NCBI GenBank assembly: GCA_963765835.1
Contig: CAVXYF010000010.1
Span: 68,899-132,898, forward strand
Reading direction: 5' to 3'
From: an uncultured Acidobacteriota bacterium
Lineage (GTDB): Bacteria > Acidobacteriota > Thermoanaerobaculia > UBA5066 > Gp7-AA6
Length of the DNA stretch: 64,000 nt
The number at the start of each line of letters is the position of its first letter. Within the stretch, counting starts at the first letter, position 1. Under the pieces are notes generated by a model. The model saw only the letters and a program-made list of their open reading frames with translations. It was not told where the DNA came from and ran no database searches. The position numbers and the translations under genes are program-made. Shown in pieces: positions 61,254 through 64,000 of this stretch.

Positions 61254-61732
61254 GCGACGCCTTCCCTCTCCGTTGCGCCCCGATTCTGCAGCGACAGGAC
61301 CAGCCCACCGACCATCAACGCGAGGAGTATGAGGTTAATGGCGGAGCCCGGCGAGGTCCCGGTCCGGGGCACGGGAAGGTAGGAGAAGATCAACCTTCTG
61401 CCCACGTATTCCAGAAGCAGCAGCGAAAACAGGAGTGGGATCAGGGCTCGATACCGGACGAGGACCAGGATCCCGAGCAGGCAGATCACGAGCTGGGAAA
61501 GGCCCAGGATCGCGAACAGAGAAACGACCGTCTGCGCGCCGGCGTCCGTGAACGTGTTCAGCGGGATCCCGTCGGCGGAGCTCGCCACGAGCCGGCCGTT
61601 GAAGATGGAGTTGACGCTCATGCTCACCTTCATCAGCAGGAGCAGGGCGAAGAGCCAGAGCGCGGCCTTGTGCCCGCGGTAGTCGTTGTCCACCTGCCGG
61701 GGAAGAAGCGCGTTGAACGCCGGCGAGGTCAT
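61250..61732 (-). CDS. four-TM membrane protein, hypothetical
   Basis: 160 aa, four hydrophobic helices. Confidence 0.5.
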   Translation of the reverse strand: MTSPAFNALLPRQVDNDYRGHKAALWLFALLLLMKVSMSVNSIFNGRLVASSADGIPLNTFTDAGAQTVVSLFAILGLSQLVICLLGILVLVRYRALIPLLFSLLLLEYVGRRLIFSYLPVPRTGTSPGSAINLILLALMVGGLVLSLQNRGATEREGVA

Positions 61733-61850
61733 CGACCGGCAGCGGCCCGCGCCGGCCGCAGTCCCTTGATCGGAAGCCAGAGGCTCATGGCGAGCTCCGC
61801 ACGATTTGAGAGAAAGAGGGGACCGGCCGGAGGCCGGTCCCGGGGGGGAA

Positions 61851-62444
61851 CTACTTCTTCATCATTTCCTTCATGAAGTCCGGCTCGCTCGTGGGAGGAA
61901 CGATGTTCTTCATCCGGAGGTACGTGACCATGTTGCCGTAGTGCTCGATGGAGTGGACGTTGTTGGTCGTCAGCGTTCCCAGCTTCGGCGTGTCGCGGCC
62001 CATGTGCTTCACCATCTCGACCGCGGTGGCGTCGGTCATTCCCTCGTACGCCTTGTCGCAGTAGGCGATGGCGTCCTTGAGCGCCGCGATCAAGTCGGCC
62101 TTGGAGGTCTTGGTCTTCTCGATTTCCGGGGAGGCTCGCTTCTCGCCGAGAACCGGGGAACAGAAGGCGTACTGCGAATCCGCGACGTGTCCGATGATCT
62201 GACCGTAGCTGCGGACCGACTCCGTGGGCTTGAAGCTGTAGCTCTCCTCCGGCATCTTCTCGGCCGACCGGAGCAGGATCGTCTTGACCCCCCGGTACAT
62301 CATCCGGTTGTACGCGCTCAGCACGTTGGCCGGAGGCGCGACGGCGGCAACGGGCGCGTTCTCCTGAGCCCGTGCGACGGCGCTGGACGTCGAGACGCAA
62401 ATCAGAACTGCCGGCAGAAATCTTCCAATGACGTTCACCTGCAT
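61851..62444 (-). CDS. secreted DinB-superfamily protein
   Basis: ATG 62444 after AAAGGAG. Signal peptide. GQIIGHVADSQYAF...NVHSIEHYGNMVTYLR. Confidence 0.65.
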   Translation of the reverse strand: MQVNVIGRFLPAVLICVSTSSAVARAQENAPVAAVAPPANVLSAYNRMMYRGVKTILLRSAEKMPEESYSFKPTESVRSYGQIIGHVADSQYAFCSPVLGEKRASPEIEKTKTSKADLIAALKDAIAYCDKAYEGMTDATAVEMVKHMGRDTPKLGTLTTNNVHSIEHYGNMVTYLRMKNIVPPTSEPDFMKEMMKK

Positions 62445-62533
62445 GGTTTTCTCCTTTGACCAGCTAACCTGGCCTTGTTTCGAGGCGTTGAGGGTCGCGC
62501 CGGCGAACGCCGGCGCTGCAGTTGTTTCCCGAG

Positions 62534-63250
62534 TCATCTGTCCAGGCTCGGAATCTGTTGGCCGCGCAGGCTGGTCCCCGGGTGCGGGGCGACGCCCTTG
62601 AAGAGGAGCCACAGCCCGAGCACCACTTCGAAAACCAGCATGGGAATGGCGATGAAGAGTCCGATCTGCCCGTCCAGGAATCCGATGAGTTGCGCGGGAA
62701 AGACCAGGACGAGCGGGACGGAGGCGACGACTCCGAGCCAGGCCAGCGGGACGGGGACCGCGCGGGCGCGGAGGAGGAGCCAGGAGAAGAGAGTGCTGCC
62801 CACGGCGAAAAAGGTGGCGCTGATATTGGTGCCCCAGACCCGCACTTTCAGGAGGAACCCGGCGAGCGCCTGGGCCGACGGGGCGTCGGGCGCGGCCTTC
62901 CCCGCTTCCGCCGTCGCGAGCCACAGCAGCCCGAGAGTCGCGAGGGCGGGAATCGCCGCGACGACTCCCTCGCCGACGCGGCAGCTGAAAGCCAGCAGGG
63001 CCAGGTCGTGATCCTGGTCGCGCGTGATCCCATACAGCCCCACGGCGAGCACGAGCGCCACCACGCAATCGAGCACCAGGAGCAAAACGACGAGACGCGC
63101 GTCCGACGCGTGCGCGGCGATGGCCGCGACTCTCGCGGCAATTCCATCGGCCCGCGCCGCCCGTTCGAACAGGACCATCGCGGGGAAGGCTGTCGCGATG
63201 TAGAGGAGGTACGTGAAGCCGGCGATCCGGGCGTTCGTCCGACGGGTCAC
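62534..63250 (-). CDS. DUF4386-like membrane protein, paralog A
   Basis: GTG 63250 overlaps the upstream stop. Multi-TM. Confidence 0.55.
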   Translation of the reverse strand: MTRRTNARIAGFTYLLYIATAFPAMVLFERAARADGIAARVAAIAAHASDARLVVLLLVLDCVVALVLAVGLYGITRDQDHDLALLAFSCRVGEGVVAAIPALATLGLLWLATAEAGKAAPDAPSAQALAGFLLKVRVWGTNISATFFAVGSTLFSWLLLRARAVPVPLAWLGVVASVPLVLVFPAQLIGFLDGQIGLFIAIPMLVFEVVLGLWLLFKGVAPHPGTSLRGQQIPSLDR

Positions 63251-63957
63251 GGGCGCTCCCGGCGATCGGGCCGCGCGCCCCGGAACAGCAGCCAGCCGGT
63301 GAACCCGGCCTCTCCGGCGGCCTGCGGCAGCATCGAAGCGCGGGCGATCAACCCCGCGTGTGCGGGCAGGAAGAAGTACGCCAGGCAGTTCACGACATAG
63401 CTGCACCCGGCGATGAACACCAGCACGCCGAGCAAACGGGGCAGGAAACCGGACCGGTAAACGAGGATTCCGAGCGGCAGAAGCCACACGCCCCAGTACA
63501 TGGTCGCCGCGCGGATTCCCTGTCCTCGCCAGCCGACGAGGGCGAGCGTCAGAGCGTCGAGCTGGGGTTTGTCGAAAGCGGCGAGATACGTTGCACCGCT
63601 CGTCAGGACGAGTGGACCGGCCATCAGCACGGTGTTGACGAGACCGGCCGCCACCATCCCGAACACGAGGCCGACCATCAGTCGGGCCTGCCGCCGGTCG
63701 ACGTCCTGGAACAGCTCATAGAGGACCACCGCCAGCCAGACGGCGAAGATTCCGCACATCAGGTCCGCGAAGACCCCGAAGCGGTACAACCCCGGCGACG
63801 CCGAAATCCGGCCCGCGGTCGCCGTGGCGTCACCGCGCACGACGAAGACGGAGGGGACGTACAGGAGCGTGAAAGCGCCGCAGAGCCCCATCACCGCGTA
63901 CAGCGCGCCCCCGAACCTGGCGGTCCCTTGCCGTGACTTCATCGTCGTCCCCATCAC
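63247..63957 (-). CDS. DUF4386-like membrane protein, paralog B
   Basis: MYWGVWLLPLGILVYRSGFLPRLLGV pattern. Multi-TM. Confidence 0.55.
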   Translation of the reverse strand: MMGTTMKSRQGTARFGGALYAVMGLCGAFTLLYVPSVFVVRGDATATAGRISASPGLYRFGVFADLMCGIFAVWLAVVLYELFQDVDRRQARLMVGLVFGMVAAGLVNTVLMAGPLVLTSGATYLAAFDKPQLDALTLALVGWRGQGIRAATMYWGVWLLPLGILVYRSGFLPRLLGVLVFIAGCSYVVNCLAYFFLPAHAGLIARASMLPQAAGEAGFTGWLLFRGARPDRRERP

Positions 63958-64000
63958 GTGTTCGTGGCGAGCGGATGCGACCGCCTACCCCCCGCCGCGC

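Noticed and set aside
60973-61308. Longer N-terminus (ATG 61044 or 61308) for the esterase
   Set aside because: The extension is Arg/Gly/Pro-rich and overlaps a compositionally normal 94-aa ORF. The GTG at 60972 yields a canonical lipoprotein signal and a GTGA coupling overlap.

Overview
This is a high-GC (about 70%) chromosomal segment with a dense, mostly minus-strand housekeeping gene set. I saw no rRNA or tRNA genes, no CRISPR array and no phage or plasmid modules. Recognisable content is listed below.

- **Lysine and threonine branch operon:** asd-lysC-dapB-dapA-dapD plus a small zinc-ribbon gene.
- **Two-component signalling island:** an NtrC-type sigma-54 activator, a soluble histidine kinase and two large hybrid kinases.
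- **Transport:** an ABC-2 exporter pair and an APC amino-acid permease.
- **5-oxoprolinase:** pxpA plus a fused PxpB-PxpC.
- **Second signalling pair:** a REC-only protein and a LuxR-type response regulator.
- **Large secreted proteins:** two tandem paralogous ~750-aa CBM9-like/DUF5916 proteins flanking an outer-membrane beta-barrel gene.
- **DNA metabolism:** an orphan error-prone polymerase dnaE2 and an Lhr helicase.
- **Glycan degradation:** a GH44-like glycosidase with PKD and Fn3 domains.
- **Other:** a MASE1-PAS hybrid kinase, and many small stress or detox-type genes (MsrA, metallo-beta-lactamase-fold hydrolase (MBL), MOSC, three DinB-family, GNAT, VOC, SRPBCC, NIPSNAP, cysteine synthase, P1 peptidase).

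The most unusual content is repeat-based.

- **Palindromic MITE-like element:** a ~70-95 bp element with core GTCATCCTGAGCGAAGCGAAGGATCTCT...AGAGATCCTTCGCTTCGCTCAGGATGAC, which encodes HPERSEGSL from either strand. It is present four times, and one copy sits in-frame inside the dnaE2 coding sequence.
- **Second dispersed/tandem repeat family:** a unit ...GTCGCGGGGACAGGTCCCGAAGGGGCCTGCACCCGC... at three loci.

Several genes are interrupted by single-base frameshifts. These are concentrated in the first 3.8 kb (nadB, an M20 peptidase) and sit at homopolymer runs, which is more consistent with indel sequencing error than with decay. Most gene junctions show ATGA/GTGA start-stop overlaps, indicating translational coupling.
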